Assembly: GCA_051294375.1 (NCBI GenBank)
Contig: CM119263.1
Coordinates: forward strand, 3,187,232-3,251,231
From: Paraspadella gotoi
Taxonomy: Eukaryota; Animalia; Chaetognatha
Direction of reading: 5' to 3'
DNA: 64,000 nt
A program made the translations under genes and the position numbers. A model generated the notes under the pieces. It did not search any database, was not told where the DNA came from, and saw only the letters and a list, made by a program, of their open reading frames with translations. How positions within the stretch are numbered: position 1 is the stretch's first letter; the number at the start of each line of letters is the position of its first letter. Of the stretch, positions 24,845-43,397 are shown piece after piece.

Positions 24845-26989
24845 CGCAACGGACTTCGAAAAGCCCTTTTTTCTGTCACTTTTTCCCTTTTTTTTCCTCT
24901 ATATTTTTCTATGTTTTTCTTTTTTATATTACATATTTTTTGTCGTGTTTTTTCTGTTTTCTTGGCATTCTTTCCTTTCTATATGAAATCAATTATATTA
25001 TATTATATATCTATTAAAATTTGGTTTGTTAAGCAATTGGTTATAAATATATTTATTATTTCCAATTTCCAATTTCTGAAATTGACAAAGATTGGAAATT
25101 TTGATTAGGCAGTGATTTCTATCGAGGAATTCAGCAAAAAAACACTTTTGCAATATTGCTAGAATATTATCAACAGAATTGATTAAATTTAAACCTAAGA
25201 CAAATGGGCTGGACTACAGATTATAATTAAATCATCTGCTGCATTTCCTAATCAAGATTGATATTTTTTTGCTACTTTTAATAAAAAAATTATGTCCATT
25301 TTTGTCCATTTTGACTTTGTCTTGAGATTAACGTCAAGATCATTGAAGAAATTTTTTTTCTCCGGATTTTGGGTACTTCTTATCTTCTTTACCACTGAGT
25401 TGGTTCATTTGCGTTGGTCATCCATTGTTTACCTATTGAATTAATTTTTAAATTGACTAGTCAAAAATTTACATTTTTACATTTTATTACAATTTGTTAA
25501 ACGAAAATACTTCAAAATGTCCACAATCTAATCAAATATTCCCTTTCAACCGGTGCTTCTGTACCTAAAAAAATAGGGCAAAAAATTTAATAGTTTTGCA
25601 GCAATTAAATTTTTTAATCAACTTTTAATTTGTGAGGATTTGTGAGGTGCGTTTTATTTGAACTAAAACTCGGTTTTTGACTTATTTTATAGTTTTAATA
25701 GATGAGAAAATATACTAAGGTTAACAAATTAAAAAAAAACCGCCATTCTTTTAATGTAATGGAAAGCGTCAGTAATTTTTTTCCTCTCAATCGACAGGTT
25801 TTTGCGGAAAATTTCCGCAAAAATCTGTCGATTTTTTAAATCTGCTAGGCAACCAAACTTTGAAAAAACATTATGCTACCCATATTATTTTTTCTTACAA
25901 TACATTTTAACGATTTTTATATAAAATTAAATGATAATGATATAAATGTAAAAAATGAGTGAGAATGAGAAAAAATAAGAGAGAGAGAGCATAGGTGAAA
26001 AAAAAGTTGCAGGGAGAGAGAAAAAGAGTGGAAAGAAATTAATATATGGGAAAAGGCGGGAGAACGAAAACAATTAAGAGAAAAGAAAAGATAAGAAAGA
26101 GGAAGAAAGAGAATCAGAGAGGAGAGAAAATCAGAGATAGAGAGGAAGAGAAATAAATGTAAAGGAAGAAAAGAAGGGATGACACAGAGAAATATGAGGA
26201 CAGAAAAGTCGGAGAAAGGGAGAGAAAGACAGAGAGAAAGAGAGAAAAAGAAAAGGAACAGAGAGAAGGTTCAAGAGAGAAAAAAATAGTGGAAAAAATG
26301 GGAAAAAAATTTTAAAAATAGCTTGCCGGTTTTTTTGCCTAAGCTGTCGTATATCTAAAAAAAGGCAATAGATCTGACGAGCAATTTTAATCTTTATAAA
26401 GTTGCCCTTACCATGAAAAATCGTTTTAGTTTCATCTTAAGGTAAAAGAAATTATGCTTTACCGTATTTTGAAAGCATGAAATTCACCCAGTGAGTTCGA
26501 TGTTATAAGGAGAAAATAACTATAGCCAACCGTTTTTTTTAAATAAAGCGTGTTTTATATTAATCAGTGGAAACAAAAGAATAATAGTTATATAAGTTTC
26601 AATTTATTGTGAATCCGATAGACAATCACTGCCATTAATATTCACCAAACCACGCACTCTTTCCAATTTCAATTCAAATTAAAAAGAAGAAAAAGAAAGA
26701 AAAAAAATTCAGCCGCCACATTTTGCCGGATCTGTCCACGATCATTAGCGGTAAGCAGCTGATCAGATAATTAATCAATTAATAAATAAATTAAATAATT
26801 AATTAATTCAAATTAAATTTTTTTATTCGCGTCAAAATCGTTTTCTTCTTTGTCTCGCCTCTTAATCACAAAACAACAATATCGATCACAAAAATAAATA
26901 ATAAATTAATTACTAATTTATTAATAATTAATTATTACAGCTTGAATTTCCATTTATCATAAAAATATCAAATAGTGAAATAGATTTTT

Positions 26990-27700
26990 TTGTTTTTTTC
27001 ATTTTAACTCATTTCCACCTGGACGATTCCATCGAAACTTGATTTCTGGCTCAATCAAAAACTTTCCAACTCACAAACAAAATTTAATTCTAATCCATCC
27101 ATTGTGGCAGCAGAAACACGGGACCTCATCCTATCATCTCTCTCTCCCAATCACTGGCCGATCACCGGTCACCACCACTCAGTTTATTGTTATTGTTTTA
27201 GACTTAGCATTATTTGGAATTGATGTCTGTATTATTCGTTATAGAGTGGTGGTGACCGGTGATCGTCCAGTGATTGGGAGAGAGAGATGATCGGATGAGG
27301 TCCCGTGTTTCTGCTGCCACACCATCTAATTAAAAGTAAAAATTAAGAAAACAATTCAAATAAATGTATCTTGCTTTTTCCATTTTAACTCATTTACACT
27401 TGGAAGATCCCATCTTGATTTCCTGCTCAATCCCACAATTTCCTACCCATATACAAAATTTCAAGTCAATCGCCCCATCCACTCATGAGTAATTGGAGTT
27501 CAAAGCTAACGAGGGACGGACGGACGGACGAACGGATGGACGGATGGACGGATGGACGGATGGACGGACGGACGGACGGACGGACGGATATCAATTTTTT
27601 TGCAGAATTTTTCATAATTCGATATTCTGAGATGATGGAAGTGACTTACCGACAAGATACAGGGGTGGGACCGACGTACCGACAAAGTGGATTATAGAGC
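26990..27700. mobile_element. Probable DINE-1/Helentron-like non-autonomous element remnant
   Basis: Two diverged ~110-bp direct repeats (catttt aactcattt...caaaattt at ~27000 and ~27381), then aaaatttcaagtcaatcg followed by a (GGAC/GGAT)n tract at 27514-27588. This layout is typical of DINE-1-like elements. Boundaries are uncertain. Confidence 0.45.
27103..27321. mobile_element. 219-bp MITE with ~78-bp TIRs, TGT...ACA ends and a 4-bp TSD (Ginger-like termini)
   Basis: tgtggcagcagaaacacgggacctcatcc...caccaccactc (27103-27180) is the near-perfect reverse complement of ~27244-27321. CCAT flanks both sides (27099-27102 and 27322-27325). Confidence 0.9.
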
Positions 27701-28353
27701 CGGAATCTGCTAAAAATTTTAATTTAAATGTAGGTCAGCATTTTGAAAATTATGTCATTCGGTTTTATCTTTAGACAGAGTTTTGTTCGTGCTAAGCAAC
27801 AAAAATAGGAGGCTTAATGTACATACTACATAATATGTACTATTTATTCCTTTCCATCCGTCCTAACTATAAAGGAGCCAAAGTACGTCAACATTGTAAA
27901 AATGCAATTTATAAAATTAAATTACGCACAAAGAAAATTTTCTTCAACCGAAAAAAGCACGAATCATCTACTATTATAATACTGACCTCAGTATTTTTTG
28001 GAGGGAGTCACACAGATTATTTGTTTTTTATAGTAGTGAATATAATTTTATGTATAGAATTTATAGAAAGCAAAACGAAGCAAAACAAAGCAAAACAAAG
28101 CAAAACATCGAATTCTACCTCATTCGGAAAATTTTGCCTTACTTTTGGAAAGTTTAATTTTCGATTCGTTTCATTCCAAAATAAAAGAAAGAAAGAAAAA
28201 AAAAAGAAGAAAAAGTAGAGCATTCGAGTCGATGTTGTCTTTTACATCATTTCTGAAAAAATTAAACTTACATTTTCGATCCATGCTTTATTTGACGATC
28301 AAGTCCCAAAGTTCGTCTCCATTAGACTCAACATCCACGCGCCCCTCTAAAAC

Positions 28354-31300
28354 ATGAAATTCCTCGCTGAAGCGCTCCTCCTAATCGGCGTCGGCCTAAA
28401 CGTGGCCGACATCGCGACCGACCTGAAGACGATCGTCCACTACACCACCGAATCCACTCACCGCCTCGTCGTCCACATTGGCTTCTTCGTCATGCCCGCC
28501 ATCTTGGCCGTCCACGCCATCGCCTCCGCCTCCTTCGGCCTTTTAGTCGTCGCCCGCCACTCCGCCTTCTATCCGCGGCTGTGGTCGACTCGGCAGGCAA
28601 AGTTGTTGACTGTGGTTGCCCATTTGACGGGATTAGGGGTGGTGGTTTTGGCTGTGGATAACTATTTGGATAGGAGGAAGGAAAGAGTGGAAATTGAGGA
28701 AAGAGAGGAAGGAGTGGAAATTGAGGAGAGGAAGGAAAGAGTGGAAATTGAGGAGTGGAAGGAAAGAGTGGAAATGGAGGAGTGGAAAGAAAGAGTGGAA
28801 ATGGAGGAGAGGAAGGAAAGAGTGGAAATGGTGGAGAGGAAGGAAGGAGTGGAAATGGAGGAGTGGGAGAATGAAGTGGAAACGGAAGAAAAATTGAAAA
28901 GGGGGGTAAAGAAAGAAAGAGGGAAAAGAATGGAAAAGAAGGAAAAATTGGATTCGAAAGAAAGAATGAAAAGTGTGGAAAAGGAGAAAAAAGAAGAAAG
29001 TAAAGAAGTTGAAGAAATGAAGCTAAGATTTGAAAGTGTGGAAAACGAGAAAAAAATTGAAAGTGTGGAAATGAAGGTAAGAAAAGAAAGAGATAAAAAA
29101 AAAGAAAAGAAAATTGGAGAAAAAAGAAAAGGCGAGAGAATCGACGCAACAGCAATGGAATCGTCCCGTCATCGTCAAGAGTTCAAATCTTCCGTCGAAA
29201 CTTCGATTAATTTGATTCAAAATCTAATGGAATCATTTCCGCAGTTGCTCGTCCAGACATTCGTTCTCGTCCTAAAATGGACCGGTAGCGCGGAGAGACA
29301 GTGCTATCCATCTTGTCATGATTGGTCCGCCTCGGAATGGCGATTCAAGTGGGTGCCCAATAAAGGGGTCCTCGCCTTTAAATCAACGTCTTTAAGGTGT
29401 GTACACAGAGGCAACGTGTATGGATTTGAGCCTGGAATACAATACGATCCGTGTTCTTGCCTCGTTTCCTCGTTTAGTCTTAATCGCGCCACCAGAGAAT
29501 TCTCTTGTGGTTGGAAAGTTTATCCCATGGCGGAATTTTTCTCGATCGCTCTGTCCACAATAAGTTTCGCCAGATCGGCGGCGAGTCATCGAATGGGCCT
29601 TATGTTTTCGGACCAAGAACTTGAGACACTCCGGTTTCCAAAAATCTGGGAGGCGGTGGGCGTGGCCCAAGGATGCGCCGGAATCAGCGTTTCACTTTAT
29701 CTCTTTTACGCCAAAGCTGTTAAGATCAACAAATGGCTTCTCATCCTCACTCCAGTAGTTTTTGTGAGAATATTTACTCCAATCGAACTCGGTGAATTGT
29801 GGTCGATGATTTTTGGGAAGAGAAAATTGAACCGACGAACGAAAGAGGATATTTTCGGTGCCAGAATGATATTGCAGATGGTGACGCCGTCGTGGAACAT
29901 CATTTTCTTGGTTCTCCTTCAGGAAATTGAGAGGCACATTGTCATCAGCGAACAGGCGGTAACGACCATGGAGTCGAACCATTACAATTTTTATGGAACT
30001 CATGGCGAACCTTTTCTTTGGGGTCTTGCCGCTTTGAAGAGAAACTATAATCCTAAAATCTCTTTTTTCAATCGAGTTTGGAATTCGGAAAACGAGACCA
30101 ATGATCGATTTTGCGTGAAAATCGACGGAGACGTTGACGAAAGTAAATGGACGAGCTTGAAATTGGATTATGCCTTGAATCCTAAAGGGAGAAGTAAAAA
30201 CAGAAACAACGAGCATGTTGATTGCATACAGCCAAAAACTATTGACGTTCAATCAAGCATCTATAAAAGGAAATTAATCTTACAAATGGCTACACCTGAT
30301 GTCGAAATCAATCTTGGCAACAATCATTATCTTCAACCAAGTTATTTTTCACTTCTTTGGCTGATCAGCTTAGAGTCTTTAATGGGATTTGTTTATTTCT
30401 TCGGGCTTTTGATTAAAGTATGGACACGAAAATCAGCGATTCGATTTCTTATCATTTTGATTATATATTTAAATCCTATTTGTATTCTGTTTTTAAACTT
30501 ATACGCGGCAACAATTCATAAAACAAAGCTTGGTGAAGCATTGCACAAATTTTCTGTGACCAAGCTTCTTCTCGGTTATATAGTAGATCATGACGAGTGC
30601 TGGCTTCGGCATTTCAAGAGAATTAACATACTTAATAACAAAGATTGTAAGGATTTTCCTTTAATAAGAAAAAACTTAATAGAAGTAAAAGAACAAATAT
30701 ACTTTTACTCCAGAATAACGTCGACGGTACCAATATTTTTTTTGCTTATTGCGCTGCTTAAAGTTTTTAATATTTTGTTTAAAAAACTTTTTTTGATGAA
30801 AAAGTTAAAAGTTTTGAGTTTTTGCTGCATGGTTATAGCAACAATTTCTGTTCCTTGCATTTGCTTTTGGTTATTTCCGGATGAATTCATGGAAAAGGAT
30901 ATTGAAAATTATTTTTTACAGTTTTTTGAATCAAAATGCGGAAATAAAAGGGTGAATATGACGCCTCACATGTGGACCACATTACACGGAAAGATTTTTT
31001 TTTACGTATATCTCCGAGACTGCTGCACATTTATTTTTGGAATTTCTTCATTCCCAATTTTTATCTTATCTTATAATTGTGTTTCGTTAGTTCTCTCTAA
31101 ATACGATTTCATGGCTCACGTTGGTAAATTCATTTTCTGTATTTTTTTTCTATCTTTTAACTACTCCGTTGTATTTTTTATCTCTAACTTTAGAAGACCA
31201 TTTCGAAATGTGAGTGAAACGTATAATTTTTTAACTTTGAGTTCTCCTTTTGATTATAATTTACGACTTGACAAACGCGTTTTGTCGCTTCAAACCGGAA

Positions 31301-31551
31301 TGGAAGTTTTTTCTCCTGTAAATCATGCGATAATTCCTCTGAGCAAACTCGCGTTTGGTTGTAAATATTTGTACCATGTATTAGACATGGAGAGTTTTCG
31401 AAATATTATTAAAAATTTTCACAACGTACTTCAAAGCTTTTTTTCGTATACGGAAAAATACGATAAGCTATATTACAACTTTTTTTATTTGTTTTTTACG
31501 TTAATACCAGCCTCATGTTTTTTGGTAGCATTAGATTTAGAAGCAGATTAA
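28354..31551 (+). CDS. XK-related (Xkr-like) multi-pass membrane protein, 1065 aa, single exon
   Basis: Uninterrupted 3.2 kb ORF with XK-family-like motifs in the expected order: N-terminal LNVADIATDL, then NLMESFPQLLVQ, then SIALSTISFARS. It has many hydrophobic segments and a charged loop. Confidence 0.75.
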   Translation: MKFLAEALLLIGVGLNVADIATDLKTIVHYTTESTHRLVVHIGFFVMPAILAVHAIASASFGLLVVARHSAFYPRLWSTRQAKLLTVVAHLTGLGVVVLAVDNYLDRRKERVEIEEREEGVEIEERKERVEIEEWKERVEMEEWKERVEMEERKERVEMVERKEGVEMEEWENEVETEEKLKRGVKKERGKRMEKKEKLDSKERMKSVEKEKKEESKEVEEMKLRFESVENEKKIESVEMKVRKERDKKKEKKIGEKRKGERIDATAMESSRHRQEFKSSVETSINLIQNLMESFPQLLVQTFVLVLKWTGSAERQCYPSCHDWSASEWRFKWVPNKGVLAFKSTSLRCVHRGNVYGFEPGIQYDPCSCLVSSFSLNRATREFSCGWKVYPMAEFFSIALSTISFARSAASHRMGLMFSDQELETLRFPKIWEAVGVAQGCAGISVSLYLFYAKAVKINKWLLILTPVVFVRIFTPIELGELWSMIFGKRKLNRRTKEDIFGARMILQMVTPSWNIIFLVLLQEIERHIVISEQAVTTMESNHYNFYGTHGEPFLWGLAALKRNYNPKISFFNRVWNSENETNDRFCVKIDGDVDESKWTSLKLDYALNPKGRSKNRNNEHVDCIQPKTIDVQSSIYKRKLILQMATPDVEINLGNNHYLQPSYFSLLWLISLESLMGFVYFFGLLIKVWTRKSAIRFLIILIIYLNPICILFLNLYAATIHKTKLGEALHKFSVTKLLLGYIVDHDECWLRHFKRINILNNKDCKDFPLIRKNLIEVKEQIYFYSRITSTVPIFFLLIALLKVFNILFKKLFLMKKLKVLSFCCMVIATISVPCICFWLFPDEFMEKDIENYFLQFFESKCGNKRVNMTPHMWTTLHGKIFFYVYLRDCCTFIFGISSFPIFILSYNCVSLVLSKYDFMAHVGKFIFCIFFLSFNYSVVFFISNFRRPFRNVSETYNFLTLSSPFDYNLRLDKRVLSLQTGMEVFSPVNHAIIPLSKLAFGCKYLYHVLDMESFRNIIKNFHNVLQSFFSYTEKYDKLYYNFFYLFFTLIPASCFLVALDLEAD
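28678..28875 (+). repeat. Coding 27-bp tandem repeat, KERVE(I/M)EE(R/W), ~7 copies
   Basis: aaggaaagagtggaaat(t/g)gaggag(t/a)gg is repeated in frame within the XK-like ORF. Confidence 0.9.
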
Positions 31552-32547
31552 AAATTTATCGTTCCAATTTTTTTTTAATTTTGAAATTTTTAAGTTTGTG
31601 AATGAAAATAGGTGTATAATTTAAACTTTGGAGCGTAGACAATCTAATGAGTAATATAAGCTTGTTTTACAAAGATTTAATGAGAAATTACTCTATTTCG
31701 ATTTTCCCACATCTATAAAGTCTGTTGTCTACTACTAATCGTTAATTTCTCGGCAGTTTTTTTGAAAAAATTTCACTACTCTCGCTCTCTGTCGGAAGCC
31801 AAAATAACAGAAGAACAATGTTTTGGATTTAAATTTTTTTCTTTCTTTTTTCTATTATTCTACTTATAATTAAATGTATCTCTGAACCCTGTCATCGATA
31901 TGAATGAAAATTTTACAAATTATATTGTATTACTTTCTTACTAATTTCTTACTATATTTTTCCGAAGCATAATAGTTGTTAAGGAAACTGAAAATTAATA
32001 CTCGAAGTGAGGGGCGTTTCGATTAGAACAATTGGGTTCTTTAAAAAAAAATACAGTTAAAATTTTTGTAACCTAGTATTGAATTAATAACTGCATAAGC
32101 TAGCACGTTATTGCAGTAATTCCAGCAGTATTAGTAATACTAGTCTAATAATTAGCAATTATCTTTAGCTTTCCTGCATTATTCAACGTAGCCAGACTTT
32201 CTTAGAGACGAGATCTGTTGGCATATTCTCGACATATTCGCAGAGTCAATGCCATAATCAGTCCCATCAACGATGCTATTAACAACGCCATCAATGTCGT
32301 CAAAGAAGATCATCGACGCCATCCCTGATGCTGGTGTCATTCTTGATGCCATCAGAAATGGAAACCACGTCCCTTCGCCCATTCCTGGACGTCAGTTTCT
32401 TCGAGACTGTCTGTGACATTGTCAGCGACATTGTCAGCGACATTGTCACAATGTTCTTCCTTATTTACCTCCTACTTCTTCCCCTTCTCCTCTCCTTCCT
32501 CCCTAACGGACCCATTTCCACCTACTTCCTCCTCCGTCTTCACACTG

Positions 32548-32633
<86 letters not shown>

Positions 32634-32715
32634 CTCTCTTCCTCCTCTTCCTCTTCCACACAAAGGCTCATAGCCTCACGTGCTTCTGCCATGGGGAAAT
32701 ATATTTTTCTCTTTC

Positions 32716-32793
<78 letters not shown>

Positions 32794-32887
32794 TTCCCAG
32801 TGATCCACGCGTTTCTCACTCCTTATTCCTCCACAAGAAAACTGCTAATGTGGGCGTCGTTCGTAGTCATGGTCGACGTCGTCGTTA

Positions 32888-32919
<32 letters not shown>

Positions 32920-32991
32920 GTTATCGTTGTTGTCGTCGTCGATAAGGAGGACTCTGATTCCGACTGAATCCCTCGATCAATATCGTCGTTT

Positions 32992-33028
<37 letters not shown>

Positions 33029-33069
33029 TATCCTCTCGCCCCGTTAACGCATCTTCACCCGGGGCTGCG

Positions 33070-33117
33070 CGGAGTCACGTGACTCCGAGTGACGTCGCGG
33101 GGCTAAGATCACGTGCG
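33070..33117. promoter_or_regulatory. GC-rich candidate promoter with a palindromic E-box (CLEAR-type), a CRE-like site and a second E-box
   Basis: Perfect 18-bp palindrome CGGAGTCACGTGACTCCG (33070-33087), then TGACGTC and TCACGTG, about 0.9 kb upstream of the GRDP-like ATG. Confidence 0.4.
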
Positions 33118-33996
33118 CCGCGTTCCTCGCTGCGTGCGCGGCCGCGTCGAGGCGGCTGCGTGCTCGGCGCCACGTTCTTCTCTCGTTGAAATATTAAAAT
33201 AGAAAATTTAAATATATCGTCGGAGCCATGTTGCCATTTCGTTTTAGCGATTGGTTATTTAATCCTTTTTTTTTTTATTTTGAATTATAATAACCGTGAT
33301 CTCACTTTAAATTTTTTTTATTTTCTTCTTTCTATTTTTTTTCCTATTTTTTCTATTTTTCTTTCTTTTTTTCCATTTTTTTTCCTTTTAAATATTCTGT
33401 CTAATTTTTGTATCCAGTTTATCACAACCAACGACTAATGTTTAACTAATCTTACCGGGTAACTCCCCCCCCCATTTATTTTTCTTTTAACTTTAGGTTC
33501 AATATTACAGTTACACACCATGCGCTTATTATTCAAAAAACTACTATAGGCATCTTTATACGTAGTTACTCCTAGTATTCCAAAATCTTTTTTCAACTCG
33601 CTAAGCTATTTTTTTTGTCTCGGACGCTTTTTTTATATGTAAATATAAAACGAACAAACAAAGGCCGAAAAAAATCGCTTCGCCTGACGCGTCATGAGGA
33701 AACTTACAGGCAGCATCATCATGAGGCGATGAGAACGCCCTCTCTAAATCGTCATGACCTTTTTCTCTCTTATTTTATTCTTCAAGTAACGAATTCAATC
33801 TGAAATTAAAACGGTAAGTTTAAGTTTAAATCTAAGTTTAAGGTTCACTATGATGTTTCGAGTTGTAGGTACATCGTGGGTCAATCTCAGTTGTATTTGT
33901 CAATTCAAACGACTTTAAAAATAGTTTTATAAACTACGTTATTCAAATTTATATTTTATTTCTTGAGTTTGTCTCCCTGTTGAATTCCAGTCCAAG

Positions 33997-40262
<6,266 letters not shown>

Positions 40263-40303
40263 GTTTGTTTATATTTTTNNNNNNNNNNNNNNNNNNNNNN
40301 NNN

Positions 40304-41304
40304 TTTCAAAGAGGAGATAGAATGAGGAGAAATGAAAAAAATTATATTATGAAACTCACGATGCATTTCAATTTTATTATAAATTTGATTTTGAAATCAT
40401 TAGCTCGCAGACGTTACTTTGTGGTGGTCGTCTTCTATTTCTGTAGAATATATTGCTGGTTAGAGTATTCAAATTTCATTCATTTCACATTTACCTACTT
40501 TAATATAAGATCTTTTAGTCATCAATCAACTCTCCGCGATTTATTGTTGGAATTAGTCCAGTCTTTTCGCATACGATGTTGAGTTTCATCACTTCTTCCG
40601 TCTGGCCATCCTCGTACGCTGTTTATTTTTTTTCTTCAAAATATAAAAAAACAAAGAAAAAAATCGGGAAATAGTTAGAACATTATGGTAAGATAAATTT
40701 TATCTATTTCGTTTTAATCAATTCACTAATTGGATAGAAATCGTAACTCCAACATTAATACAAGTATGAGAAGAAGGGAAGCACCTCTTTATCTCCCTAA
40801 AATTAAATCTGTTGCAAACTAACAGTCAACGAACCGCGAAAGATATCACATAGGGCATGAGAAATGTTTACAAATGAAATGACATGCCTTGTTTGGAATT
40901 TTTAAGAGCGGATTTGACCTTTTTTTTCTGTTCCTTTCCTGAGCGTGTATGAAGGATATATATCTACTATTTAAAGATTCCTTTATTCAGAGGAGGCCCA
41001 GATTGCAAGATTCAGTTCTTGCATTAAAAAATAAGAAATTCCGAAATTCATGAAAAATGACTTCCAGTGAAGTAAGAGAATGGAGGGTTTATCAGGTATT
41101 TAGGCGGGAGATCAATTTAAAACACTTTTCCCACTAAATATTCTCGTCGCTTGTTCGACATTGCAAGCAAGGAGATGGGGAATTTTTTCGTCCACTTTCG
41201 CCGCGGCGAAGAAATTAATGGGACTATTCAACCATTCCGAATTCCTTTAATGATAGACCCTTAAACTTATTGAGATCATTTTTATCACTTGGGTTCCCGT
41301 TTAA
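40304..41304 (-). mobile_element. Possible TTAA-inserted DNA transposon fragment (Kolobok-like?) with degenerate THAP-like pieces
   Basis: Homology to the right arm stops exactly at TTAA (41301-41304). The minus strand shows frameshifted MPY...AVR(DC), RGWPD...RMRKDW and NVCEL fragments. Support is weak. Confidence 0.3.
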
Positions 41305-42456
41305 CTGATCTTGTCATTACCTCTGATCACTGTGCGCTTTCCCTCAATCCTTTGCTCTAGCTCTTTAACCCTCTCTGCTCTCTCTCTCTTCCTATCTCTC
41401 TCTCTCTCTTCGTCTCTCTCTCTCTCTCTCTCTCTCGTCTCTCTCTTCTCTCTTTTCACTCATATTTGTTTTGACAAAAATATTTTGTTAATTCAATATC
41501 GTTTTACGCTGAAAAAGACTCGAACCTGAATTCGAAAACTGCGTGTACCGCCTGATCTGAAGCTTAGGGATGGCTTAGTATTGATTATTGAGACAACTCT
41601 CTTTCAACATTGTCCCGGTAGCTGTTTAAACAAATTAACAATACTCGCTAAAATTTAATACCTGCGCTGAGTAGTTAATGCTGCAGCCCTCCATGCAGGT
41701 TATCAGCAAAGACTTCTGAGGACAAAATCAAAGGGTCCGCTCTCTTGCGGAACGGGTTGGCATCAACGAATACAAGATGGCACGAGAAAGTCAGGGCCGA
41801 TCATTCCGCCACGTCAGCTCCTCGGAGATTGTGGATGATGGCTGAATGATTAATAAATAGCTTACTTATAAACTTGTTAAAACTTAAATAAAAACTACTT
41901 ACCTTTAGCAAGATTAGCTTCCAAATCGTCGATTTGGAAAATGAAGGTGTGATCGACCGTCAGTTCAGCGCAGTTCTCTCTCGAAGATTGTAATATGTCA
42001 CTTTTAGATGTCCTGAAGATGAACGAAGAGAAAAAATCGTTACTTAAAAAGTTTGTATAACGCAAAGTCGACTCAATAGCAAATTAATAAAATATCGCTC
42101 AGTCTTCGAGCATCATGTTCCCGGGAGATTGAACGCGCAACACAGTTGATTGACGCCAATGATTTTTCATCCTTGTTTCAGGTTCTGTGTTAAATTTCAC
42201 GATCACAATGACTTTTTGTTGGATTTTACTGTAAAATGTCATCGGATCATCATTTATGTGTTTCTGGTCATTTTTTTTTCGCCATTTTTGTCTCTTAGGT
42301 ATTTTATTGTATTTCTTGACTGATTTAGATTTAGATTTAGATTTAGTTAAAATATCGCGTCAATAGCAGGATATATATGGACGATTCGATACGAGGATTC
42401 CGAGGAGGGAGATTTTGAAATCGAGGATTCCATCATCATTCTCGACACATTTGTAC

Positions 42457-43120
42457 GATTTAACGGAAGTAGTGTGGGAATTAGTGTGGAAGAAAGAGCG
42501 TGAGATTTAACGGAAGTAGTGTGGGAATTAGTGTGGAAAGAAAAGAGCGTGAGATTTAACGGAAGTAGTTGGGATTAGTGTGGAAGATAAAGAACGTGAG
42601 ATTTAACGGAAGTAGGTGGGAATTAGTGTGGAAGAGAAGAACATGAGATTTAACGAAGTAGTGTGGGAATTAGTGTGGAAAGAAGAACGTGAGATTTAAC
42701 GAAAGTAGTGTGGGAATTAGTGTGGAAAGAAAGAGACGTGAGATTAACGAGAGTAGTGTGGGAATTATGTGTGGGAAAAGAAGTGAGATTTAAAGAAGTA
42801 GTGTGGGAATAGTGTGGAAAGAAAGAGCGTGAGATTTATGAGTAGTGGGAATTAGTGTGGAAAGAAAGAGCGTGAGATTTAACGGAAATAGTGTGGGAAT
42901 TAGTGTGGAAAGAGAGAAGTGAGATTTAACAGAAGTAGTGTGGGAATTAGTGTGGAAAGAAGAGCGTGAGATTTAACGGAAGTAGTGTGGGAATTTAGTG
43001 TGGAAAGAAAAGAGCTAGAGATTTAACGGAAGTAGTGTGGGAATTAGTGTGGAAAGAAAGAACGTGAGATTTAACGGAAGTAGTGTGGGAATTAGTGTGG
43101 AAAGAAAGAACGTGAGATTT
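42457..43120 (+). repeat. 48-bp minisatellite, ~14 copies (left-arm copy)
   Basis: Unit gagatttaacggaagtagtgtgggaattagtgtggaaagaaagaacgt, head to tail with no spacers. Confidence 0.95.
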
Positions 43121-43397
43121 GTAAGATTTGACATTACGGTGCTTGATATTTTTTAGCTTGTAATTTTATGGCAATTGTTGTGATTTTTGGCCTTAAATTT
43201 GGACCAATCATCGTCTTCTCTTTTGCCTCTTATCAGTCGGCGACAACTCCAGCAACAACAATCGCGGGAGAATAACATCGCAACGAATCTTCGGGTCAGT
43301 CGGTGACGTGACGTCATGATCAAGATAATCAATAGAGAATAATAAGTAAATGATTAAGTAATATAATAAAACCGGGGACAGAACCGACTCGAAAATC

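Noticed and set aside
25960-26300. Purine-rich stretch as an E/K/R-rich exon
   Set aside because: It is a degenerate AG-rich low-complexity tract with no long ORF or splice support.
28490-30890. Antisense and alternate-frame ORFs over the XK-like gene
   Set aside because: These are shadow ORFs produced by the purine-rich repeats of the real CDS.
32328-33060. ORFs and a minus-strand D/T-rich frame near the candidate promoter
   Set aside because: They are dominated by CT and GTC repeats, and the minus-strand frame has an in-frame stop upstream and no credible start.
42457-43120. Regular repeat array resembling a CRISPR array (also 58593-59269)
   Set aside because: Units are contiguous with no unique spacers, no cas genes are present, and the context is a eukaryotic intron.
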